Of a DNA stretch of 64,000 nt, positions 1 through 13,040 are shown one piece after another (position 1 is the stretch's first letter; each line of letters starts with the position of its first letter). The notes below the pieces were generated by a model, which was not told where the DNA came from, did no database searches, and saw nothing but the letters and a program-made list of their open reading frames with translations. The translations under genes and the position numbers were made by a program. The DNA comes from Rotaria socialis. Taxonomy: Eukaryota. The DNA lies in the NCBI GenBank assembly GCA_905331295.1, contig CAJNYD010000023.1:124001-188000 (forward strand). Reading direction: 5' to 3'.

Positions 1-1535
1 ATGATCATATAACAGTAAAACATAATTTTCACTACTATTAAACCTCAAGAGACAGCTTACTCTTTTGAGGTTTCTATATTTTTTTATAAGTAAAACTTAC
101 TTGCATAGAACCATCAATCATAACAATTTTTTCATTAATAGTGCATACACCACGTATTTGATTTTCATTTGGAAACATCATAAGACAATGAAATTCTGTT
201 AATGCAACAGATTTTGGTGGTTTTTCTTCGTCTCTTTGCTTAATCCTTTTATCTATATAGTAATCGATAATACGATGACGTTGAAGAAACGAGTTTTGTA
301 CACTAAGTGGATCTATATCTGTATAGTATAGACCAGCACCAGTTATCCATGCAAATTGTCTTTGTAATTTTTGATTTGTAGATGATTTTCGTTTAACAAA
401 TACTTGAATTTCACTATCAGCATTACCACTTGGAAATTCGAGATATTTTAAATCAGATAATGAAGCATCACGAAAAAAAGCAAAAAATGATGAAAAATAA
501 TCTGATTTGCGTGATGAATCAATTTGATGTTCAAAATAATATAAGGCTCTATCATAAAAAAAAGAAAAGATCAATATTAAGTTTTTACACTATAGATGAG
601 CTAAAAATGAACTGAACAAACTGTGAATGTAAAAACGGATTTTTATAGAGATTAAAATCATCTTTATTGTTGTATTCACATGTTGTTCATTTCATAAGAA
701 TCCACTCGTTGTAATCTTACGTTTGTGTTGTAATAACAACAAATATATTTGAATTTTCTTCGTAGGCAACTTTAACATCACAATAAATACCAGTGACACG
801 ATCTCGATTTTTTTCCAAAATAGTTTTGAATGATGGGTAAACTTCATTACATGAAAGTACTTCACCATCAGCTCGAATCAAAGCTTCATACATGCTTCCA
901 TCTTGACCAGCAAGAAGTGCGACGGCATCATTTTGTTGTAAAAACCGATTACACCATGAAACAGAAACAAGAACAAATGATAAATTATTGCCAAATCGTA
1001 TTGGTTTTCTAGTTAATTTTAAGGAATATGATGATGACACAAGAATGTATACATCACGTTTATCACGTGTTGATACAATAAGTAAACGACCGAAGGGATC
1101 AAGAAACACTTTACTAATTGCATCTGGTATTTGAACTTCTACTCAGAAATTAAAAAAAATTCGTTTTGCAAGTAGATATTTAAAATAAATGAAATCGAAC
1201 CTGCAAATACTGATGAAGATTTTCCATCTTTTGGTGGTTCGTCAAGACATCGTCGCTGTATAGTTTTCTCATTTAAATGTAGAATAAAAACATTATTTGA
1301 GACAACTAGATGATTAATTTTTGTATTTCTGTCAAATCTAAAATATTTCTTTTTCTTATTGAATATGCAGCAATTGAAAAGTAAAACTTACTTCCATGGA
1401 AGTTCATTCTTGACAAAGATTGGTTCAAGACTTGTATCTGCTATTAAACTCTAAAATAAAAATTTCATGAATAAATATTAATGTATACTTCCAGATTTTC
1501 GACGAAATATCTCATTAGTATGATCGAATATAGCT
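1..1535 (-). CDS. VPS18: Vacuolar protein sorting 18 (Pep3/deep orange) homolog, multi-exon, N-terminal beta-propeller part; gene continues past the window start
   Basis: Exon translations include LEPIFVKNELPW, VFLDPFGRLLIVST, FAWITGAGLYYTDI and VALTEFHCLMMFPNENQIRGVCTINEKIV, matching Vps18 N-terminal motifs. Short GT-AG introns separate them. The exact start codon is ambiguous (ATG near 1515 or another 5' arrangement). Confidence 0.85.
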
Positions 1536-2536
1536 AGATAAAATATTTTTAGATATATTATCGTATGTTTTATTGAATAACAATGCAAATAGAATTCAAC
1601 AAAAATGTACAGAAACACTCGACTGATAGATCGGTTGTTAATTGTTTTTATTGATATTGAATTTCTACTCAAATGATAAGCGTAGGATAAAAGATTCTTA
1701 TACTCTTATTTAATTTTGAAATACACTTTGCACCTTGAGAAATATTTTTGCATTTTAATTCTATATTAAATTTTATTTTTCTAGTCTCAATAAATATCAG
1801 TCGATTCAATCATCGGCTTGAAAGGACCATTCGTTTTGAGAGTGTCTTCTGAATTATGAATAGAAACTCTGCAGCTCAAAACAAATGAATTCAGGCCATC
1901 GAATGAATACAGCTGTGCAAACGATTGCTATACTATTGCTTAAATAAAGATAAAACGAAATATTTCTATTAGACATTCGCATGAATACTATTATCGAACA
2001 GTTCAATAAATGAAACGGAAAAGTTCTTAATCTTGATCTTTATGGAGAACAATTTGCGGCTATCGTGCAATTAAAATATCTTTTTCATGTTCATTCGAAA
2101 GCTCGCTGCACTAATTCTTGAAGTATATCGTAAAACGTAATATGATATTAAATCATTTAATCAAATATATTTATCTATGATTTAGATGAAATGCTGAATG
2201 TCAAATAGAAAAAAAAATAACTGTCTAACTTTCACTATGAATATTCTCACTGAAACATTTTCAATAGGACGCAATACTCACTTGTTCATCAGCTCGGAAT
2301 CTTTCTTGTGCTTGAAACGCCCACTGTTGATTAATATCATCGCCAATCATTTTTTTTCTATCAAAAAAGAATATTACAAACAATATGAATCAAAGTTCGA
2401 AAGATTCTCTGGTAATTCTTTATTTATTACAAAATATCATCAATTTTATCAATGTATGAATGGCATTTTCATCGAAAACAAAAATAGTTAAAAAACCAAC
2501 ACACAAAAACTCTATGCCATTATACTTTTAGCTTGA

Positions 2537-4014
2537 TCATCGCCGTTCTTCGAGGCTTCTTGGCATTCGTCTAGTAGTAGCAATGTGACGTTGTGATCTA
2601 ATAGAAATAAATAGTGAAGAGAATTATTCGGACACGAATCAATAACTTACATATCTTTAAATAGAGACGAAACACGATGAGAAGCAAAAATAAAAGAACC
2701 TGAAGAAATTAAAGAATCAAATAAATTTTGATATACAGACAAATCAATAAATGAACCAAACAAGGAAATTTTATAGATAAGAATTTTATTCGCAAGGCTA
2801 TTGTCACTAGTCATTAGATCAATAAAAAATAAAAATCATTTGTATGCTTTCTGTCCTACGTTTTAATAGTATCAATATTTATATTAGAAAATTATGAATG
2901 ATTTGTTTCTAGTTACTGAAAACAAAAAAAGAACAAATACAGCAGTAAAATGTCGGTTTTGCACCAATCAATCAATAACAAATTAGTTTAATCAAATTCA
3001 TCATCACGTTCACTAAAAACAGTTGAACGAGCAAACCATGTAGGTAACGATTTCGGTTCATATCTAACTATTTCGTTTCGTAAGCTCTGCGCATATCGTG
3101 ATCTACTTGAGTTAAAATTAGTGTCATTATCAACTTTTTCAATAATAACTTGAATATCACGATTGATTTTCATCGAACGTTGATGTATCTTTATTTTATC
3201 AATCTTTTTTAGGATTTGAAATAATGCTTTCATTTCTTCATTAAATAATTGCATATCAACCATTGATTTATCTCTACTTTTCATATTTTCTGTTTGACTC
3301 GTTTCATTTACAACACCATCATATTTTGTACATATGAGATTTTCTCCTGTACTTTTCTTATATAGTTTTATTATATCAAATATGAAATATTCTGTTAAAC
3401 ATTGTTCACATTTAAAGCTTATTTGTTCAGCCGTGCCCAATAACTGAGAAATAGGAACTCCTAATCTGCCGAATAATTGTCAGTGCCGATGTGATAATTC
3501 CTAGAGGAAATGAGAATCAGTCATTGGTTCCCTCGCAGTTCCACTATTCAGAAAAGTCGCGATATTGCTTTTTTTTAAATAATTTGTGCACGAAACGACT
3601 GATTCTCACAACTTTGCAGATGAAAATGAATGTAAGAACAACAATGATGGTGAATCTTCCATATTTTTACCTTTAGTGTGCAAGGAACTGTAGGAGAACA
3701 CCGTCAAGAATTCCTAATTCTCATTCCTTGGATACCTCTCATCAGATTTTAACATTTTAAATAGAAAATAAACGATTAATGTCTATTTTTTACTATTGAT
3801 AAGGAACTATTTTTTTTTCAAACTAGTACAGCATTGAGTGCACCTTACCTAGTCCAAAAAATGCACAAGTAAAGCGATGCGTTGGCGTTTTTGCTCTTTT
3901 AGCTTGATAGAACATATACGCTCCTAGTGCCGATGCTGATGATATTCCAAGAGCATGACACGAAAAACAAGCTGGTGGCTGTTGCATGGCTGGTAAAGAT
4001 CTATCAACAGGCAT
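2537..4014 (-). CDS. DMAC1: DMAC1/TMEM261-like (DUF4536) small membrane protein; exons 4014-3849, 2699-2651, 2597-2537; 91 aa
   Basis: CFSCHALGISSASALGAYMFYQAKR resembles the DUF4536 CxSC-plus-TM motif. Manual splicing at GT-AG sites gives an in-frame 276-nt CDS ending ...GSFIFASHRVSSLFKDISQRHIATTRRMPRSLEERR*. Confidence 0.7.
2988..3427 (-). pseudogene. 5'-truncated TFIIE alpha subunit (GTF2E1)-like fragment inside DMAC1 intron 1
   Basis: SFKCEQC...LICTKY zinc ribbon (fourth Cys replaced by Tyr), LFNEEMKALFQILKKIDKI helix and SLPTWFARSTV motif correspond to TFIIE-alpha. The N-terminal winged helix and an ATG start are missing, and no intron is seen in the fragment. Confidence 0.7.
3428..3740. 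mobile_element. Degenerate non-autonomous TIR element
   Basis: Left end cagccgtgcccaataactgagaaataggaactcctaa is an imperfect inverted copy of the right end (reverse complement gagaggtatccaaggaatgagaattaggaattcttga). An inner inverted pair (ggaaatgagaat...cagttcc) is also present. No clear TSD. Confidence 0.55.
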
Positions 4015-4247
4015 CTGTTAGATAAATAAATACAAATACAATGTTTATTATCTGAAAAAAAATTTATGATATACAATTTATCTTTCATATGAAAATAGTC
4101 AATCAGTGCGAACACAAAAAGAACATTGTTAAATCTTTCACAATTCTTATAACACAAGAAGAATTATTCTTATTTTTTAGATACAGGTATACTGAAGAAG
4201 ATGAAACGAAAAAATTCATGGAGAGTAGGGAGAGAGATGGAATTGCT

Positions 4248-4473
4248 TTATCTCAAATTTGGTGGCCGATATAAATGAAAATTATGTATATTATCAAGAT
4301 CTCTTGGCCACCGTTGTATCGTTATACAAAACGGTTCTATGGGATGCCAAAGTGTAGCCAATGTAGTACGACGATTAGTAGATAAAGTATTTGGAATAAA
4401 TAATGGATTGGCTGTTGTTGTTGTTGTTGTTGCTGTTGGGTTATTGTTGTGATTTGTTATTGTCGGTGTTATA

Positions 4474-4508
<35 letters not shown>

Positions 4509-7500
4509 AGTTGCTGTTAATGTTGGATTGTCGTTTGTTATAAATTGTGGCAAAATAATTGAACGATTTGTTAATGTTAATTGAAATTTCATTCTTTGAC
4601 AATCACGTGAAAAAAATCTTACAGGATTATTTGGGCATGTTTTTATCATATCATCAATATGAACAATTTTATCATCATATGAATATAAATTTAAATCAAG
4701 ATAAGGAGATATCGTATGTGTTATTGTGCGTAGTGGTAATTGCATAAGTAAACGTTTTATTGAATCAGACTCACCGGTCGATGCTTGATTATAATACATA
4801 TGCTCAAATTGACGACGACCAGCATAAGTTGATAAAGGAAAAAATTCGAGATCTTCATAATTAATTAAACCGTAAGATGATGAGTAACGAAAATCATCAT
4901 TATATTTTTCAAATATATTAGCTAATTCAATTGATGAATCATCATATATATTTAATATTGTTGATGTTTGAATATCATAAACAACAAATAAAGCATAATG
5001 CATTTGCTGTTCTTGTTGTCGTTTATTGACAATTGTTTCATGTGCAAATTTAAGTAGGATAATATTATTTGTTAGAAATTGTACTTTATAGAATTTACTT
5101 GCTAGATAATCGTTAAATGAATGAATAAAACGCAATTGTTTATTACTTTGTTTGGCACGTTTATATAAATATGTTAACAAGCGTTGTTTTAATGTACATA
5201 ATTGTTTATCATTCATGGGTAATAATATTTGATTTTGTACTACGGACCAATAATCATCATTTGAATCATTTATTGTTCGATCTGTTGAATATGCTATGCG
5301 AGTTAGATTCCTAGGTTGACCAGTATCATCTTCTTCATCATCATCATCGTCAGCCACGGCGGACATATCATGATCATTTTCTAAATAAAATAATTCTATA
5401 AATTTGTCTATTGAATATCTACTAAAAATCCTTATTTCACAGTGTTTAGAGTCTAGAAATGGCAGCTTGAATAGCAAAAAAATTCGTCCAAAAAAAAAAA
5501 ACTTGGATTTTCTAGTTCTAAGATTATTGCTAAGAAAAATATCATTTCTATTTTGAAAACAAAAAATGGCTTTAAAATGAAATCGAATCATTTAGTTTTA
5601 AAATGCGTCAAATTTTTGAACGAGACTCTCCAGAAGCTCTGTGATCTCACAAGTTTAGTTCCTATTCAATGAATGTTATAATTATGATCGTCTAACCTAC
5701 GATGGCTTTTCAGATCGATCTTTTATATGCATCAAAGCAAATGATGAGAAGGCAACTTTCAAAATACATTTATTTTGATAGAAAAGATTTCATAGTACGA
5801 CTTTTCTCTTCTATAATACATTCGATAACGAGATTTGACTGAATCTTAGAAAGAATATATTAAATAAATATCTATAGCAACGAAAATAATTTTTTTCATA
5901 TAATAATAATATATTACCTGATGATGTCGTACTCGCTGGACAAGTAAGAAAATCACTTCTAATAGGTCGATTTTCACGTTGAAATATTGACTGAGCTAAA
6001 TTTGAAGCCAAATCATTAGTGTCCCTATTGGGATTAAAATTATTTCGTGTTTCTTCATTATTATTATCACTATTACTGTTGTTTTGTGAAATTCTTATTG
6101 GAGGTGGAGTAAATGGTCGATGGAGTTCTTCTCGAACAAATGAAGTTCCATTATGTGATAACAAACGTGATGATGGCGAATCACTGCTCTGATTTTCCCT
6201 AAATTGATCACGAATGCGTTTTCTTCCTTGAGCACTATTATCATTTTCTTCCCATTTATCAAACATTGATGCTGAATTTCGTTTAAAATTTTTCTTATTT
6301 AATAAACGTGGTGACATGGCTAATAAATTTTTTGGTAAACTATATTTATATAAAAATTCTTCTTTTGTTTGTGCGAATTTCCCTACAGTTAACAATTCGA
6401 TAAGTTTGCCATTTTTTTCATCAATGTGATATAAATGTAATTTTTGATGTTGAATTGATAGTATAGCTAATGTTGAGTTATATATTGTTAAACCAATACG
6501 ATCAAATTGAAATTCAAGCTGTTGACATATAATGCCACGAGAATAATCGATAAGAAATATGAGAAAATGTTCAAAATAAAATCTCGATAATGGATTAAGA
6601 TCTTCATTTGATTGAACCAATTGATTATAGGGTGGATGTTGTTGTTCGTTGACTAATTTTGATGCACATATTATAGCATATTGATCAGTCGAAAAAAGGC
6701 AATATATATGATTACGATTTAACGAATAGCCCACTGATGATGAACGTATTTGTATGGTAACATGATGTTCAAAGATCTTATTGAATGCTTGGTCACGTAA
6801 TTTTTCACAATTGATTGAATCAGATAAAATTTGTCGAACATTATCACCATTTTCATCTAAACGTGTATAATTCGTTGATGGAGAACATTGAACAAGATTA
6901 GGATAGATACGTTCAAAGCCTAAAATAAATTTATATTAGTTAGTTTTTTTAATTTTTCGTATACTGTATATAGTAATAATAAGACAGTAGTAATTGTGTT
7001 ACTGTCATGATTTTTTTTGAAAAACTCGTAATTAGTCAAAGGTCAAACAGGTTTCTTAACTATCGACATCTGATTTTGGTATTTGTGATATAACAATATA
7101 TTTTTTTTTGTATTAGAGATCTCATTTAGCACATGCAAATAAGTTTTGATATCTTGGAAACAAAATTTGTATTCAAATTTCTTACGAAATTCTCACTATG
7201 CAAATTTTGATTCGTGTTCTATTTTAAACTTATCTATTTAAAAATGCTATGGAATCTCGAATATTACTTTTCATTTTGACCTAGTTATATCTTTTTTTTC
7301 CTACTAATTTAACTCATCAATCAACATTTCTTTTTATCAGTCTCTTAGAGAAGACACTCCTGTGGCTCTTGTCAACAGGACGAATATATATCTGAATTCT
7401 TGCCAGATTAGATTGTTTGATGAGGAAAATGTTTCATATATTTTTAGTAGATATGTGTAGGATAAGGTTTGTGTATGTACACTATAAAATCTTTCTCTTT

Positions 7501-9040
7501 ATCTCATTCTACGGAACTTTTATCACACGCATTCTCTTATGACTACCATATTTCAAATATTCAAAAAGTAATAAACAAAAATAGAAGCATCCCAATAGAC
7601 ATGTATAGTGGAAGTTCGTTTCGTACCCTATAGTCTGGCGAAAAGAAAATTTTAACTCTTAAGTTTTGATATTCGTTTCATTTTCGATTATTTTATCATT
7701 ATTTATTGGTCCTCTATGTTAACAAACGAAACCATTTTAATCATGAGTTTGTACTATTTCTTATGTAACTACTCTCGCTTTTTCTGCTATCACGTCATCC
7801 GATTGTCAGCAAACTCTACATAATTAAAGCATATAATAAAATGATAATTAAAAAACAGTGATTTTTCATTACTCGATCTAAATTACTTTATGCTACGTGT
7901 CTGAAAGAGAATGCTAGAGATATACTTTGTGTTGAAAGATAATATGACTGGTTTAGTCAATGCTTTTTCTCATAATAAGAAACCATATTGAAAGTATCCT
8001 TGTGTTACGAGACGAATTGCTAATTCGAAAAACAATATTGCCAATTATTCATATACGATAGAGGATATAATCATTTTTTATGGATATCCTATTTCATGAC
8101 ACAAGTGCACCCTATATATAATTGTTATAATAATACAACAATTCAAATATTGTTTTATTTTTACGGCATGTAGCAGTTTTTCTTTCTTATGAAAAGACGT
8201 AATTAGATGTATTTGAAGTGTGTCTCGAAATTATCTACATGATCAAACATAAATTAGAAGACTAATTAATCGATCATATGAAAAATATATTCTTGAACTG
8301 AACAATCTTTCCTACAACGATAGACTCCATTAATAAATATGAATTAGATTTTCAATAAATATTAAACATTTCATTCTTTGAAAATAATTATCAAATTGAC
8401 TTTAAATATTTATAGAATTGATCTCATATAAAAACTATCTATACAGCGACAAATCACTAAATTAGAAACTGTACCGAACTTTATAAAACAAAATGCTGGG
8501 TCATAATGAAAACCTATGGCGCAATAACATACTCTTACTAGAAAGGAAGAGCAACTTTTACATTTTGTACGGGTAATTTAGTATGGTTATTGCGTTATTT
8601 GTATAAGCTAGAATAACCTATCGTTTCTATCGAAAAATCCATATATTTTCAATGGTCATATTCATGCATATAAATTATCATAACATCATTTTACCCTTGT
8701 ATTTATATACGATTAAAGACTCAAGATCATGTGAAAATGCCAGTAAATATTGTCCATTCGGTGAAAATCTTCTAATGTATACAGCTTGTGGTACTGTGCA
8801 CATTAAAATTGAATAAGACGGATGAATAGCACGATAAACATTTGTACGACGTGCAATAAAAAGATTTATTCGGGATTTTGTATAGCCAAGTTCTCGATCA
8901 CGTAGCCAACTTGCTAAATTATGTTTCGGGATTGCACGATGCAAAAGATTTTCTTGATCATCATTGATCACTGTACGACTTTGAGCAAAATTAAATAGAT
9001 TTCTACGTTTTGATGATGACGATGAGAGAGAGGATGCCAT
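4248..9040 (-). CDS. DET1: DET1 (de-etiolated 1) homolog, COP1/CUL4-DDB1 ubiquitin ligase partner; multi-exon
   Basis: Motifs IRRFSPNGQYLLAFSHDLESLIVYKYKG, LAILSIQHQKLHLYHI, SPYLDLNLYSYDDK and WHPIEPFCITIQR. Exons approximately 9040-8695, 6919-5918 and 5380-4248 join in frame at GT-AG introns. Confidence 0.92.
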
Positions 9041-9699
9041 TAATAGTCTCTCTGTTCTTTTCTATGATCAGTCACATGCTAGAAAGGAAAATGGATTTCT
9101 TTTTTCAAACTTTGTCATACAATCATATGGCAAGAAAAATTAATGGGTGATGTTTACTTTCGTCATCATGATAGATAGAGAACACTACAATCGACGCAAA
9201 AATTCTTTTGGAACGTAGCGACATGAATAATGGAAATTAGCAAATGCTAAATACATAATTTCTAGAAAATTTTTTATTTAAATAAAAAAAGAATCAATCT
9301 AATAATCGCATTTAAACTTAAAAAAAGTTCGCTACTATCAATGTTTATGTAGATACAAAAAGAAATGGTTGGAAAATGATGGTGAAGTTTTGTTTTCTTT
9401 TTTTTTTCTTCATTCTGTCTACTATTCATTTCGATATATAAATGACAAGAAGTTTTATTTAGTACGATTAATCTAAGTTGTTCATTTTACTTTTTCTTTA
9501 GAATTAATACATACCGTCAGTTGACGTGTCTGTTTTTCTCCGTGTGTGTGCGTGTGTTCTACAACGTCCCGTTTATTTCTTTTTTGGATTTAATTTAACA
9601 GACGTATGTGTTTGTGAATACGGCGAATAGCGCAGATTTATTTATTCTTTTAATTATTGCTTTTCTTTTGTCAAACGGATATTTCATTTATTGATTATT

Positions 9700-12140
9700 A
9701 TGTCATCAACAAGAACTGCTCCACGAGCAGCAACAGTTAATAAAGCATTACCAGCTTCAAACGCTCATCATACAAATGGTTCAGCCAATACCTATGATGT
9801 TAATGATTCAACGGTGAATGCAAGCAATATATCTGAGTGAGTAGATAAAATTTTGTTTGTTCTCTTAAAAAAAATTGAGTTGGTAAATTTCAATTTAGTC
9901 TAAACGGTAAAATCAGAAATATGAAACAGTATTTTCGATTGATTTTGTTTATTTAGTAGTTTAAAATAACGAAAACTGAGAATTTTAATTTGCTAGTTGC
10001 TGTATGGCTTGATTTACATTTTTTGTATTCAGAAAAAAAACAAGATATACTTAATTTAGATTGGACTCAAATCTACAAAGGTCAGTTTTAACAAAGAATA
10101 TGTCTCAAGTATGTAGAAAATTTGGAAAGAATTGTTCTTTTTGTTTCTAAAACGAATATCATTTAGTCGGAAGGCATTTATAGAAATTCTCGATTTGTTC
10201 ATGCTGTAACTGTTGGCTTATTGGTAAGTTCATTTAATAACAAGAGAAGCCGACGGCTATCATTTTGAGACGAAGAAAGATTTCAGAAGTTTGAACTTAC
10301 GATTCTAAATAATTTCCGAAAAGAACTGAGAGAAATATTTCATTTTGTTTTTCTAACCTAGACTAGTCCTTTTCCTTAAAAAAAAAACATCCGACATATA
10401 TTATTCAGCTTAAATTATGAGTGAGTACTGACTGATCAGATAAAATACCAGCTAAGTCTAATGATAAATGTATTTTACTGATAATTCATGAAAGTATTCT
10501 ACTTTTAAGGGTCAACCAGTTATTATTCAAACAACTGAACGAGAACGTTTTCATGGCGTACTTGAAACAATATCGCCTAATGGTGATGTTCTTTTATCAG
10601 TAGCTCATCGATTGGATAATAATAATAATGATATCATGGGATTATCCACATCACTAATCGATCTATTGGATACAGTTGAGAGTTCAGCACAATCCTTAGA
10701 TTTAAATAAACGTATTATATCATCGTCAAATATTGTTGAAATAATTGCTAGTGATATCGATTTAACTGGCAATGGCAAATGTAAGTAAAACAAAGACGTA
10801 TGATTTTGATTTCAAATTTAAGATTTAGGTATGCTTGATGAAAATCCAAAAGTGAATCAATTAGAAGATGAACGTTTCAATCGTATGGAACATTTTTATG
10901 GTTCTGACGATATTGATCCAGATACATTTGAAGATCTTGATCTAGGCGATGATGGAAAAGTAAAATAGAAAGTCGTACATTTTTTCTATACAAAAAATAT
11001 TGATTTTATTATGTTTTCAGGCTGGTTATGATCCAGAAGATATGTTTCATACAAATCGTGAAAAATTCAATACAACAACGGATTTTGATGAAAGCAAATA
11101 TACGTAAGCATTTCAGGAATATCCTTAAGATTGTCAGCACGAGAGAAGGGCCACTGAAAGATTTTCTCTAAACTTGATTCGATTCAAGGGAAGGATGAGC
11201 GATTTGCTTTTGAACTTTGTAATACGAAATATATTTCTATTTTGTTTCTTCGTTCAGTTAAATTTTTATAATTTCTTTTTTCTCGTTGTATCAGAAATGT
11301 TCCGATTCGTCAACTGACTGCTGATGAATTAGTTGACATTGAAAAGAAAGTGTCGGAAATTGAAAAAGGCGGACACACTGAAGATGTTGATGAAGATGAT
11401 GCAGGTTAGTAAATTCATAATTGCTTTTCAATCTTTCTGGATAAGAAAAAAAAACATAATTGAATATATTTAGGTGTGAAACGTCCGCCTGAATTGAATC
11501 AAGCACAAAGTATCGATGATGGAAATAGTAATACAAAAAATAATCAATCGTCGCGTGCACATCCGAATGATCGTCGATCAGAATTTCGTTATGATGGAGA
11601 ATATAATCCAAAGTAAAATATTTGTTTGTTTCAATTGTAATATTTAAGTTAAAAACTATCCTTTGATAACTAGACGTGGCAATTGGCGCGAACAACGACC
11701 TGGCGCCGGCAATAACCGACGTGGTGGTTCGAATAATTATTCAATGAATAATCCAAAAGCAAATCAACGTTCCGAACCAACACAATATACATCATCACGC
11801 TCATCTGAACAATCAGTCAATAATCGTCAACAACAATATAAACCACGCAATAATCGTTTTCCAGATAACCGTTCACCTCATGAAGGACGAGATTCACCAT
11901 TACAAATAACAAATGATGAAGTAACACGTGGCCAACGAATAAATAGTGGTAGTTTTTCCCAAGGACAAAACTCGGGCCCCACAAGTCCATCAACAGGAGT
12001 TCCGGCACGTACTATCTATTCGACAAACAATCGGCCACCCATCGGAAGAAATTCACCAGCACCATATACAGGTAGTTCATCGTCTCGAAATAATTCAACA
12101 ACAACAGCAACAACAACTGCAACATCATCATCGCCAACAA

Positions 12141-12171
<31 letters not shown>

Positions 12172-13002
12172 GAATTCTTCATATCCAGCAAGTTCTACCG
12201 GAACAGGAAATTATCCTCAACAATCAAATAATAAAATGCCCAAAAAACAATCACGCAGTAATAAAATAATCTTTATATTAGTGTTTATAAATGCTTTTTC
12301 CTCGGTCTTATTTCAGACGAACAACAATCAACAACTGATGAACCTGATCAACCAAAGCCACAACGTAATCAACAACAAACGCCTTCAAATAACCAATCAA
12401 ATACTGGTTCACTTAATCGGCCATCACAATTGCATACTCAACCGCAGTTAAGACAACAACAGCAACAACAACAACAGCAACAACAAGCGTTATTATCTAA
12501 TACGAATGTGCCACCTCCATTAACACTTCCAACACCCGACGATCATTCATCTAGTCATGATACAATAAATTCGAATCAATCGGATCCAACGATACATGTA
12601 GCAAATGCACCTATTTATACACAACATACAACTGGAACAATGTTTGTTTTTTTCTTTCTTTTTTAATAAATCCTATTTTAAAGAAAAACGCTTTTGCTGT
12701 TTTCTCCTCTAGGACACCTGGCAATGCTAAAGCAAATTCAGGTTTAAATCCAGAAGCTGACGAATTTGTTCCTGTATTTTCGGTAATATTTTCTATCGTT
12801 ATAAATAATTCGAATACTGAAAATTAATGTTTTGTTTCTATAGCGTGAAAGCAGCTCTCGGCCAGAATCTCGTGGAGCATCAACCAACTCGATACAAATG
12901 AGCACATATATTCAGCATGCTCATGCTCATCCACAAGCAATGCAACTTTTACAACAGCAACAACAGCAGCAGCAGCAACATCATCAACAACAACCACAAC
13001 AA

Positions 13003-13040
<38 letters not shown>

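Noticed and set aside
5700..5812. Possible extra DET1 exon bounded by AG/GT
   Set aside because: It has an in-frame stop, and the flanking exons already join in frame without it. A poison exon cannot be supported from sequence alone.
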